A stretch of 64,000 bases of DNA from Leucoraja ocellata (lineage: Eukaryota): contig JAWMAR010000048.1 in assembly GCA_036785375.1 (NCBI GenBank), positions 6,510,001 to 6,574,000 of the forward strand, written 5' to 3'. Positions 49,991-60,372 of this stretch are shown here, one piece after another; the first letter of the stretch is position 1; every line of letters begins with the position of its first letter. The notes below the pieces were generated by a model. That model worked only from the letters and a program-made list of their open reading frames with translations, did not search any database and was not told the origin of the DNA. The position numbers and the translations under genes were made by a program.

Positions 49991-51474
49991 GTTTCAGGGA
50001 GTGATTTCCAGGGCTTGATCAATTGAGGTGCATAATCATCAACAGCAGGTAACTGGCAGGTAAATCAGCCCATTCTATTCACATGATATCAAGAAATGGC
50101 AGAGTGTATTGGTTACAGCAAAGACTATGCACCCTGAACATGTCTGGCTGTGGTCCTAACAACGTGATGTATCTAGTTACAAACACAGTTACTGTCACAA
50201 CATAGAAGGTAAAAGCTCAGCGGTATACTTCAGTCATCAGCTGATGGACGCAAGGTGCTGTTTACCATGCTATCCAGGACCATTTGCTCATTTGAAACAA
50301 ACTTTCTCGCCAATGCTCAGACGGGGGGCACTAAGACAATTTGACCTCATTTGAGCCAAGATGGACTCAGCAGTCGAATTCCAGGAGAGAGGCAAATGTG
50401 ACAACTGTTGGAACCAAGAACACATTTGGCCAGGTGTGACCAAAGGAGTATAAGAAAGGTAACAATCACCGGGAAACAGGCGGGAAAAAGGAAAACGTGA
50501 TTAAAGTCAACTTGGAGAAAAATAAGTTTTGATAGATGGCCAATAGCCTGAACGCTGTGAACATTGCCCCCCCCCCCCCCCCCATGTTCCTCACAGTGTT
50601 CAGAGTTCTAGATCCGATTATTCCAACTGTTTCATCAGTAATCTTAATTCCATTTTAAGGTAGAAGCCTGGACATACTCTAATTACATAATGCTCAGCAT
50701 ATTTGCAGCTTCTCAGAGAGTGAAGACATTCGTGGCTATATCAGAGGTCGTTAGATAAGTGGCTTGTAGCATTGGCAAGTGGTCGCCCTTGACCAGGAAC
50801 TCCAACAGCCACACAGAATGGTGCCAAAGAACATGTTAGGGGATGGTACCTTTGGCATTCCATGGCATCTCCGGCATCTACAAGGTATAGGAACATAGAA
50901 CAGTACAGTGGATAGACACAAAGTGCTGGAGTAACTCAGAGGATCAGGTAGCATCTCTGGCGAGTAAGGATGGGTGACGTTTTGGGTCCGGACCCTTCTT
51001 CAGACTGTCTCACCTACCCACCCTTTTTCTCCAGAGATGCTGCCTGGCCTGCCGAGATACTCTAGCACTTGTGTCTATCTTTGGTACAAAGCAGCATCTG
51101 CTGTTCTTTCTTTCTATACAGAACAGCGCAGCTCAGGAACGGGCCCTTCGGCCCACAATGTTTGTGCCGAGCATGATGCCAAGCTAAACTGAACTCATCT
51201 GCCTGTACAGGATCTATTCCCCCCGCATGTCCATGTGCCTATCTAAAAGCCACTTAGACACCACTGTTGTATCTGCCTCCATCACCACCAAGGCAAGGCA
51301 AGGCATTGCAGGCCCCCACTATGCTCGTGTGAAATACTTGCCCCGTACATCTGCATTGAAGAGGAAACAACGTCTACTCTTTATATAATAACCCTCGACA
51401 CTTTGTAATCCTTGACACCAATAAAGCTCGCTATCCATATACTATCTACATGCTTGGGTAGTGGAGAAAAAAAA

Positions 51475-51620
51475 ATCCCAATTTACAACGACCCAAGTTA
51501 CCTGCAAACCTGCACGTCTTTGGAGTGTGGAAGGAAACGGGAGCATCCGGAGAAATTCCACGCAGGTCACGGGGAGAACGTACAAACTCCGTACAGACAG
51601 CACCCGTAGTCAGGATCGTG
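51475..51620 (-). mobile_element. V-SINE fragment
   Basis: V-domain nearly the same as in 45600-45720. Confidence 0.75.
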
Positions 51621-52121
51621 GAGAGAAACGAGGAACTGCTGATACTGCTTTATATAAAAGGCCACAAAGTGTTGGAAGAACTCAGCATCTAGCACAACCC
51701 AATGGTAGGAACATTGAATATTCCAATGTTAGGTCAACTCTACAGAATAACCCCCCCCCCCCCCCCCCCCCCCCACTCATACACACAAAACACTCCCTCC
51801 CCTCCGCTTCATTCCCCCGTGGCCTGGTTCCAATAATCTGCCTGTCAAAACCGCCAATCACCTATGTCGACATGACCCCCGCGCCTGGTTCTGCCTCAAC
51901 CCTTGTCCACTTTCCTTCTCGCTGCTACAACCAGTCTGAAGAAGGGTCTCGACCCGAAAGGTCGCTCACCCTTGTTCTCCAGAGATGCTACCTGACTCGC
52001 TGAGTTACTCCAGCACTTTGTGTCCATCTGAAGGGGGGTTTGTGCAAGACAAATCTCAGCATCAAAGCGAGCTCTCACGGCGCCACGGTGGCGAGCTCTC
52101 ACGGTCCCACAGGGTGGAAGA

Positions 52122-53750
52122 ATGTCAGTGAGAAGCAGGGCGTCGTTGCTGGCGCTCCTGCTGGGCGCCGCGCTCTTCTCCTCTGCGGGGAATCGCGGCT
52201 CAGAAGCGGCCAAGATCCTGGCCGTGCCCGCCGACTGGAGCCACTGGATCATCATGAAGACCCTGCTCCTGGAACTGGTGGCGAGCGGGCACCAGGTGAC
52301 GGTGCTGAGGAGCAACGACTCGCGGGGGTTGGAAACAACATCCGAGGATTTCACGCTGGAAACTATCCTGGTGCCGGCAGCTCAGGCGTACAGAGCGCGG
52401 AACGCGAGCGAAATCCGTGACATTGTCTTTAACTCGCTCTACGTGGAAGACGGCTTCCTCTCCAGCCTCGCCGCCGCCCGCAGCATGTATGCCTCACTCC
52501 TCTTTAACAATGAGGTGACCATCCCGGCCATCCGCGCGTTGTTTGACGACCGCGCACTGTTGCAGCGACTGAAGGGAGCAGGGTTTGACCTGACTTTAGC
52601 CGACCCTTACCATGCGGCCGGGGCCATGTTGGCACAGGTACTGGGCACGCCGCTGGTGTTCTTTGGCAGGTGGATGATCACCGGGGATCTCCACTTTAAC
52701 TTGGCTCCGTCGCCACTTTCCTTCGTGCCCGTGGTAAATTCCCGCTTGTCGGACAGGATGTCGGTGTGGGAGAGGATGAAGAACGTGTTGATCTATGGGA
52801 TGTCCAGATTCACAAGTTACTTCTACATTTACCCCGCCTATAACGAGCTGTGTCGGCGTTACCTGCACAGCGACATCACGGTGGAAGAGCTTTATGCCAA
52901 GGCTGACATGGTCCTGATGAAGGTTGACTTTGCCTTTGATTATCCCCGGCCCACCATGCCAAACCTGGTTTACATCGGGGGTGTTCAGTGTAGCGCGGGC
53001 CGCCCGCTCTCTGCTGAACTGCAGCGGTTCATGGACGGTTCTGGGGACCAAGGGGTCGTGATCTTCTCCTTGGGAAGTGTGGTGAGCATCTACCCACCAG
53101 AACTGGCGACTGAATTGGCGGCGGGACTGGCCCGCCTGCCCCAGAGAGTGGTCTGGCGCTTGGTTGGAGACGCGCCATCCACCTTAGGGAATAACACCAA
53201 GGTGATGAGTTGGCTTCCTCAAAACGATCTGCTGAGTCACCCGAAGACCAGAGCCTTCATCACCCACGGTGGGGAGAACGGGCTCTACGAGGCCATTTAT
53301 CACGGCGTCCCTCTGGTCGGCATCCCAGTTTTATTCGATCAGTACGACAACCTTCTGCGCCTCAAAACGCGAGGGGCGGCGATCATGCTGGACTTGGCTC
53401 ATTTAACAAGCGATGTGATCTTCCAGGCGGTGAAGACTGTCATCGAGACCCCTTCCTACGGGGAGAACATGAAGCGAATATCCGCCTTGCACCGGGATGT
53501 CCCGCTGGAACCCAAAGAGCTGGCGGTCTTCTGGATTGAATACACCATTAGGCACCGAGGCGCCGCTCATTTGGGAGCCGCGGGCACTGAGTTGCCCTTC
53601 TATCAGTACTACCTGCTGGATGTCATCGCCATCCTCGTTGCTGTGTCGACGCTTGCCCTTTATCTGGCGTGTAAATTGCTGATATTTTTATTCGTCAAAA
53701 TGCAATCAGTTGGAAGAAGGACAAGGACTAAATTGAAGAAAGTAGATTGA
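52122..53750 (+). CDS. UDP-glycosyltransferase (glucuronosyltransferase family), single coding exon, copy 1, 542 aa; UGT5-like architecture
   Basis: Signal peptide, catalytic SHW His and ADP Asp, signature WLPQNDLLSHPKTRAFITHGGENGLYEAIYHGVPLVGIPVLFDQ, C-terminal TM and KKVD ER-retrieval motif. Confidence 0.95.
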   Translation: MSVRSRASLLALLLGAALFSSAGNRGSEAAKILAVPADWSHWIIMKTLLLELVASGHQVTVLRSNDSRGLETTSEDFTLETILVPAAQAYRARNASEIRDIVFNSLYVEDGFLSSLAAARSMYASLLFNNEVTIPAIRALFDDRALLQRLKGAGFDLTLADPYHAAGAMLAQVLGTPLVFFGRWMITGDLHFNLAPSPLSFVPVVNSRLSDRMSVWERMKNVLIYGMSRFTSYFYIYPAYNELCRRYLHSDITVEELYAKADMVLMKVDFAFDYPRPTMPNLVYIGGVQCSAGRPLSAELQRFMDGSGDQGVVIFSLGSVVSIYPPELATELAAGLARLPQRVVWRLVGDAPSTLGNNTKVMSWLPQNDLLSHPKTRAFITHGGENGLYEAIYHGVPLVGIPVLFDQYDNLLRLKTRGAAIMLDLAHLTSDVIFQAVKTVIETPSYGENMKRISALHRDVPLEPKELAVFWIEYTIRHRGAAHLGAAGTELPFYQYYLLDVIAILVAVSTLALYLACKLLIFLFVKMQSVGRRTRTKLKKVD

Positions 53751-53839
53751 TTGTCAGTGCCAGTCGGTCTATTGATCATTCGGACACTCTCGCACCTCCT
53801 CACACCCATCTCTTGACCATCACCCTCTGTTTAGAAGAA

Positions 53840-54560
53840 GCGGCCTGAAGAAAGGTCCCGACCCGTAGCGTTACCCATCCATGTTCTAAATGCCTGTTCT
53901 AGCACGTTGTGTCTTTTTTTATCTGCAGTTCTTTGTGTCTGCAGTCTGAAGAAGGGCCCCCGACACGAAACATCACCTATCCTCGTTCATCAACGATGCT
54001 GCTTGACCCGCTGAGTAACTTCAGCTTACAAGATTTCAGCTTCTGCAGTTCTTTGTGTCTTCGTTTTATGCCCCATTGCCGAATCTCCTCAAGGTATGCC
54101 TACTTTGAACAAGGGGCTGAAGGAAGGTCTCGATCCGTAACCATCTACACGGATGCGGCCTGTCCCGCTGAGTTACTCCAGCACTTTGTGTCTTTTTATT
54201 TGTAAACCTGCATCTGCGGTTCCTTGTGCCTTCCTTCTGAAGGAGGGCCCCGACCCGAAATGTCACCTTTCCATAGATGCTGGCTGACCCGCTGAGTTAC
54301 TCCAGCACTTTGCGTCCTTCCCACGTTGAAGAGGTTTTCTTCCTAAATCCGGTGAGAGTTCTGTGAGACCCTCTCTCACCCCCCCCCCCCCCCCCCACCC
54401 TCCATGATCCCCGTTGTTCTGCTGTTGTCTCACCGTGTTCTGACCCAGCCTCGCTCCTGCAGCATCGGGACGCGTCCCGCCTGGAAACGTCGCCCGCCCC
54501 CTCTCTCCACAGACGCCGCCTGAACCGCTGAGTTACTCCAGCACTTTCTGTTTTGCTCCA
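53840..54560 (+). repeat. Tandem cluster of 4-5 degenerate Penelope-derived short repeats
   Basis: Repeated ctgaag(a/g)a-ggg...ccc-gaaa...gatgctgcctgacccgctgagttactccagc units. Confidence 0.75.
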
Positions 54561-54868
54561 GTGTTCTTCGTTTGCAGGTGAAGCCGGACCACGGGCTGAA
54601 TTGGTGGTCAAATGCATCATGAAGATTTACTAAAAATAAATTAAACATGAATGCAGAAATGCCATAAAAACAAAAAAATAAAAAATTCAACACATTGAAA
54701 AGATTTGTAGGAACTATTGTTTTTTGACCTCTCTCCCTTACACCTGCCCCTCTTTGCGCTACTGAGGTGACTTGCTGAACCTGTGCCTCGTGTTATCAGA
54801 TGCAGTCTTAGAGTGCTAGATGATTGAGTGGTCGAGTCAGAGTCATGGTCATATAGTCACAGAGTGGT

Positions 54869-55071
54869 NNNNNNNNNNNNNNNNNNNNNNNNNNNNNNNN
54901 NNNNNNNNNNNNNNNNNNNNNNNNNNNNNNNNNNNNNNNNNNNNNNNNNNNNNNNNNNNNNNNNNNNNNNNNNNNNNNNNNNNNNNNNNNNNNNNNNNNN
55001 NNNNNNNNNNNNNNNNNNNNNNNNNNNNNNNNNNNNNNNNNNNNNNNNNNNNNNNNNNNNNNNNNNNNNNN
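54869..55071. other. Assembly gap (203 N) inside a (catagagt)n-like simple repeat
   Basis: Run of N; both flanks are gagtcata-type repeats forming the tail of the minus-strand CR1-type end at about 55140-55400. Confidence 0.97.
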
Positions 55072-56216
55072 GTCCTAGAGTGATAGTCATCGAGTGATAG
55101 AATCATAGGGTTAGTCATTCATAGAATCTTAGAGTTATAGTGATGGAGTCATAGAGTCATACAGCGTGGAAACAGGCCCTTCGGCCCAACATGCCCACAC
55201 CAACCAACATGTCCCATCTACACTTGTCTCATTTGCCTGCGTTTGGCCCAATACCTCAAAGTCTTTCCTATCCTGTCTAATTGTAGCTTAAACGTTACAA
55301 TAGTCCCTGCCCCAACTACTTCCTCTGGAAGCTTGTTCCATACACCCACCACCTTTTGTATGAAAAGGTCACCCCTCAGATTCATATTAAATCTTTCCAG
55401 TGTCACTTAAAAGCACCGTAAATATTCCCCCTCATAAGCCCAGTCGGCAGATATAGCATCAGAATTGGTGCAAAACTGCAGGAGGAGGCTGGCTCCTCGC
55501 CGGGGGGAACCCGACGTTGCAATGACAACGGCAAAGGTCTGTCACCGAGTTGGGAATTCCGTGTGAGCTCATCCTTGTGAGGGAACCCTGGCCTTTCCCA
55601 CAGCTGCACGGGGAAATGCTGGCATCCAGATGTGGAAACGCCGGATTTCCTCCCACACTGTAAAGAGAAACTATGCATAAATGTAATTCGGGATCGTGTT
55701 TATAATTAGTAATGGCCGGGATAAAGCAATGAGCGTTCAAGGGAAGATTGAAGGATTCTAATATCGAAACTACAAATAACGTGTGGTCACAGTGGTCCCT
55801 TGTTGGTCCTTCACGCAGAGGGCTCCACCCTTCCTTGGTCATCTCTTCCCCAGCCAACAATCGACCGTTGTGGGCTCCACCTTTCCTTGGTCATCTGTTG
55901 CCGCCCGGCCCTGCTTTGTTCCTGCCTTTTCTTACCTCCAGTTCCCTCCCCTCTACTTTCAATCTGAAGACGGCACCTGTCTCGAAACTGTCACCCATGA
56001 TGCTGCCTGACCCGCTGAGTAACTCCACCACTTTGTGTTCATCTCCGGTTTAAACCGGCACCTGCAGTTCCTTTCTACACACTGACATTTGACATTTGCA
56101 GACGTTCGGGCTATTTTGCAAGGAGGAGGTCGCGTGTGCAGGAGCGCGCCGTGAGCCCAGCCCAGTGACACAGGGTCACGTCTGTGCTCCACAGATGTAC
56201 CGGTGACAGCAGAGGG

Positions 56217-56230
56217 CCACTGGGGGGCGC
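56217..56230 (+). promoter_or_regulatory. Candidate CTCF site
   Basis: ggCCACTGGGGGGCGCa differs at one position from the CCASYAGRKGGCRS core; lies in a CpG-rich non-repeat block. Confidence 0.45.
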
Positions 56231-56426
56231 AACGGACCTTGTGTCACTCGGCTGGTTCACGTTGCTCCACTGAGCACCCGCCAGTGTAACCAAGTTCGGT
56301 GTATATACACACATTCAACTTTTTTTTTTCGCCCGCTATCTACTATGTTTACATATTCTGTGGGGCTGCAGCAAGCAAGAATTTCATTGTCCTATCTGGG
56401 ACATATGACAATAAAACTCTCTTGAC

Positions 56427-56640
56427 GTGTCTGTGGAATTCTCTGCCTCAGAGGACGGTGGAGGCAGGTTCTCTGGATGCTTTCAAGAGAGATATAGACA
56501 GTGCTCTTAAAGATAGCGGAGTCAGGGGATATGGGGAGAAGGCGGGAACGGGGTACTGATTGGGGATGATCAGTCATGATCACATTGAATGGCGGTGCTG
56601 GCTCGAAGGGCCGAATGGCCTACTCCTGCACCTATTGTCT
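56427..56640 (+). mobile_element. CR1 LINE 3' end
   Basis: LWNSLPQRTVEAGSLDAFKRDID...GYGEKAGTGY plus conserved 3' UTR. Confidence 0.85.
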
Positions 56641-57567
56641 TGATTCTCTTGAGATGTGACAAGACATTGTGAGATCAATTTTAAAGTGACCCGTGCAAAA
56701 CCAAAGCATAATGTTGCTAAAGACTGACACAAAAAAAGCTGGAGTAACTCAGCGGATCAGGCAGTATCTCTGACCCTTCTTCAGACTTCTCCACCCGAAA
56801 CATCACCCGTTCCTTCTCTCCAGAGATGCTGCCTGTCCCGCTGAGTTGCTCCAGCTTTCTGTGTCTACCTTCGGGTTATACCAGCATCTGCAGTTCCTTC
56901 TTGCTCATATTGTTGCTAATATTGTTCAAGGATATTTCATGGCATATTAAAAGAAAGCACATTCCCAGCCAACACACAAGATGCATTCCCGAAGATAGAC
57001 ACAAAGCGCTGGAGTAACTCAGCGGATCGGGCAGTGTCTCTGGAGAACATGGATGGGTGACGTTTCGGGTCGGGGCCATTAGACGGGTCGTCTGCAGAAG
57101 TTCTAAGTTCTAAGTCACCTATCCATGTTCTCCAGATATACTGCCTGACCCGTTAAGTTACTCCAGCACTTTGTAATTTTTTTATTTTGCACCTGTAGTT
57201 CCTTGTTTCTACTCTGTAGAATTCATCCGTGATTGGTTTTAACTGGTCAAACGTTAAACTACAAATGTATTCTGTTTAAGCTGCACTTTGATGTGATGAC
57301 AAGTTGCCTGTTCTTGGCAAATGTTTTAATATTGCACAACTCGGAGCAAGTGTAAACTAGAAATCTGAAGTAGGATCGCACCAGAAACCCATTTATCGCT
57401 TATCCATGTTCCCCAGAGATGCCGTCTGACCCACTGAGTTACTGCAGCCGTTTGTGTACATCTTTGGTATAAACCAGCATCTGCATTTCCTTGCAAGAAA
57501 GGGACAAGAATTTATAGCGCCATAGAATATTCCTGCTTCCTCCCCGTTTGAAATCACCTTAAAAAAA

Positions 57568-57882
57568 AAACCCTGTCTCACGGTGGGAGTCGACCCACGA
57601 GTGACCCCGAGTTTAAAACAAATTAAACTCGTAATCACGTACAATGAACGTAGCGGGAACGTCGGAACTCTTGGACGCAACTTAGCGACTCGTGGCGCCA
57701 ACGGCAGGTACCCGTGAAACTTGTTAACTCTTGAACAATTTCAAACATGTTTAAAGTTTTCCGCGAGTCAAATTTACTCCTGAGATTAAAAAAATTGAAA
57801 CATTTAAACTCGTTGTAAGAACGTAGTGACCCGCGAGTTTACCGTAGTGACTCGTGAGTAACTCGTGGGTTTGGCCCGAGTG
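57568..57882. mobile_element. Harbinger-like MITE (right end eroded)
   Basis: Starts aaaccctgtctcacgg; acccacgagt...actcgtgggt inverted match near both ends; CpG-rich. Confidence 0.5.
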
Positions 57883-58200
57883 CCAGAAGTGAAATGTTGA
57901 AGATTAGTCAGATCTTAATGGAAATTTTTCAGAGAAGGAGCAAAAAGCACTCACCGGGGATCTGAGAAAAGAATGAACCATGCAGTGTGGTGAAAGAATT
58001 TGTAAAACTATTCAATTCGAGTTAATTTCACTTATTTTGCTTATGTAGAAACGACAAATGATTTAATCGGCGGTTCAGCGGGATGTGTTCAGTGGTGGCC
58101 AGTTGATAACTAACCAGGAAGTGTAATTCGATCCCAAAGGTAGGAATAGGTTGGGATACAAACATTTGTTTCCTGGTTGGGATACAAACTTGGTGGAAGA

Positions 58201-59811
58201 ATGTCAGTGAGAAGCAGGGCGTCGTTGCTGGCGCTCCTGCTGGGCGCCGCGCTCTTCTCCTCTGCGGGGAATCGCGGCTCAGAAGCGGCCAAGATCCTGG
58301 CCGTGCCCGCCGACTGGAGCCACTGGATCATCATGAAGACCCTGCTCCTGGAACTGGTGGCGAGCGGGCACCAGGTGACGGTGTTGAGGAGCAACGACTC
58401 GCGGGGGTTGGAAACAACATCCGAGGATTTCACGCTGGAAACTATCCTGGTGCCGGCAGCTGAGTCGCGCAAAACGCGGAACGCGAGCGAAATCCGTGAC
58501 ATTGTCTTCAACTCGCTCTACGTGGAAGACGGATTCCTCTCCAGCTTCGCCGCCGCCCGCAGCATGTTGAGCTTATTCCTACTCAACAAAGGGGTGACCA
58601 TCCCGGTCATCCGCGCGTTGTTTGACGACCGCGCACTGTTGCAGCGACTGAAGGGAGCAGGGTTTGACCTGACTTTAGCCGACCCTTACCATGCGGCCGG
58701 GGCCATGTTGGCACAGGTACTGGGCACGCCGCTGGTGTTCTTTGGCAGGTGGATGATCACCGGGGACCTCCACTTTAACTTGGCTCCGTCGCCACTTTCC
58801 TTCGTGCCCGTGGCAAATTCCCGCTTGTCGGACAGGATGTCGGTGTGGGAGAGGATGAAGAACGTGTTGATCTATGGGATGTCCAGATTCACAAGTTACT
58901 TCTACATTTACCCCGCCTATAACGAGCTGTGTCGGCGTTACCTGGACAGCGACATCACGGTGGAAGAGCTTTATGCCAAGGCTGACATGGTCCTGATGAA
59001 GGTTGACTTTGTCTTTGATTATCCCCGGCCCACCATGCCAAACCTGGTTTACATCGGGGGTGTTCAGTGTAGCGCGGGCCGCCCGCTCTCTGCTGAACTG
59101 CAGCGGTTCATGGACGGTTCTGGGGACCAAGGGGTCGTGATCTTCTCCTTGGGAAGTGTGGTGAGCATCTACCCACCAGAACTGGCGACTGAATTGGCGG
59201 CGGGACTGGCCCGCCTGCCCCAGAGAGTGGTCTGGCGCTTGGTTGGAGACGCGCCATCCACCTTAGGGAATAACACCAAGGTGATGAGTTGGCTTCCTCA
59301 AAACGATCTGCTGAGTCACCCGAAGACCAGAGCCTTCATCACCCACGGTGGGGAGAACGGGCTCTATGAGGCCATTTATCACGGCGTCCCTCTGGTCGGC
59401 ATCCCAGTTTTGGGCGATCAGTACGACAACCTTCTGCGCCTCAAAACGCGAGGGGCGGCGGTCATGCTGGACTTGGCTCATTTAACAAGCGATGTGATCT
59501 TCCAGGCGGTGAAGACTGTCATCGAGACCCCTTCCTACGGGGAGAACATGAAGCGAATATCCGCCTTGCACCGGGATGTCCCGCTGGAACCCAAAGCGCT
59601 GGCGGTCTTCTGGATTGAATACACCATTAGGCACCGAGGCGCTGCTCACTTGCGAGCCGCGGGCACTGAGTTGCCCTTGTATCAGTACTACCTGCTGGAT
59701 GTCATCGCCATCCTCGTTGCTGTGTCGACGCTTGCCCTTTATCTGGCGTGTAAATTGCTTAAAGCTTTACTTATCAAAATATCTTCAGGTGGGAAGAGGA
59801 AATTGGACTAA
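58201..59811 (+). CDS. UDP-glycosyltransferase, single coding exon, copy 2, 536 aa
   Basis: Near-identical to copy 1; ATG at 58201 (the ORF track starts at an upstream TTG); signature ends PVLGDQ; tail KRKLD (KxKxx). Confidence 0.95.
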   Translation: MSVRSRASLLALLLGAALFSSAGNRGSEAAKILAVPADWSHWIIMKTLLLELVASGHQVTVLRSNDSRGLETTSEDFTLETILVPAAESRKTRNASEIRDIVFNSLYVEDGFLSSFAAARSMLSLFLLNKGVTIPVIRALFDDRALLQRLKGAGFDLTLADPYHAAGAMLAQVLGTPLVFFGRWMITGDLHFNLAPSPLSFVPVANSRLSDRMSVWERMKNVLIYGMSRFTSYFYIYPAYNELCRRYLDSDITVEELYAKADMVLMKVDFVFDYPRPTMPNLVYIGGVQCSAGRPLSAELQRFMDGSGDQGVVIFSLGSVVSIYPPELATELAAGLARLPQRVVWRLVGDAPSTLGNNTKVMSWLPQNDLLSHPKTRAFITHGGENGLYEAIYHGVPLVGIPVLGDQYDNLLRLKTRGAAVMLDLAHLTSDVIFQAVKTVIETPSYGENMKRISALHRDVPLEPKALAVFWIEYTIRHRGAAHLRAAGTELPLYQYYLLDVIAILVAVSTLALYLACKLLKALLIKISSGGKRKLD

Positions 59812-60091
59812 ATTGAAGAATTAAGGAGTGATGTGCGGTGACAGGTGAATTGTTGGCAGCTACGTTTGCATTGCACCAGATTTTGCATTCCAATATAACC
59901 ACGGATAACAATCTGCATTTTATTCTCAGATGGCTATGTGGTCAATGTTTCAATGATTCAAAGATGGGTTCTTGTCACATGTAGCCAAGTGCAGTGGAAT
60001 GCTTTATTTTGCATACAAGCCGGTAGAATCATTAAGTAGGCCTCACCTCAGCAGTACAAGTGTCGCTACGTTTTAGCGTTGTCGATTTGCT

Positions 60092-60119
60092 CTGAAGAAG
60101 GGTCTCGACCCGAAACGTC
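60092..60119 (+). ncRNA. Minimal type I hammerhead-ribozyme-like core in a Penelope-derived repeat
   Basis: CUGAAGA-A-GGGU(CUCG)ACCC-GAAA-CGUC; conserved boxes and stem II intact, stem I pairing poor, so activity is doubtful. Confidence 0.5.
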
Positions 60120-60184
60120 ACCCATTCCTTCTCACCAGAGATGCTGCCTGTCCCGCTGAGTGACTCCAGTATTTTGTGCCTATC

Positions 60185-60372
60185 TTATCCCACTTTGGCA
60201 TCCTACACACTAAGGGCAGTTGGCAGAAGCTAATTAAAACCAAGATGCCGCTTGTCTTTGGAACGTGGTAGGAAACCGGGGCACAGAGAGAACGTGCAAA
60301 CTCCATATAGACAGCGCCCAGGGTCAGGATCGAAACCGGGTCTTTGGTGTTGTGAGGTGGGCGGCTCCACTG
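60185..60372 (-). mobile_element. V-SINE (internally deleted)
   Basis: Minus strand acccggtttcgatcctgaccctgggcgctgtc...ggagtttgcacgttctc. Confidence 0.75.

Noticed and set aside
54820-55118. ORFs made of X residues
   Set aside because: Artefacts of the N gap.
53840-57500. CRISPR-like array from recurring gctgagttactccagc units
   Set aside because: Irregular spacing, both orientations, degenerate and dispersed throughout the window; vertebrate retroelement-derived repeats with no cas genes.
52596-59130. Two matching 151-aa antisense ORFs (52596..53051 and 58675..59130) and other shadow ORFs over the UGT genes
   Set aside because: Antisense shadows of GC-rich duplicated coding sequence; they recur only because the UGT copies are near-identical.
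52122-59811. UGT pair as a haplotypic false duplication across the gap
   Set aside because: Flanks and C-terminal tails are unrelated and differences are clustered, which allelic copies would not show; read data are still needed for certainty.
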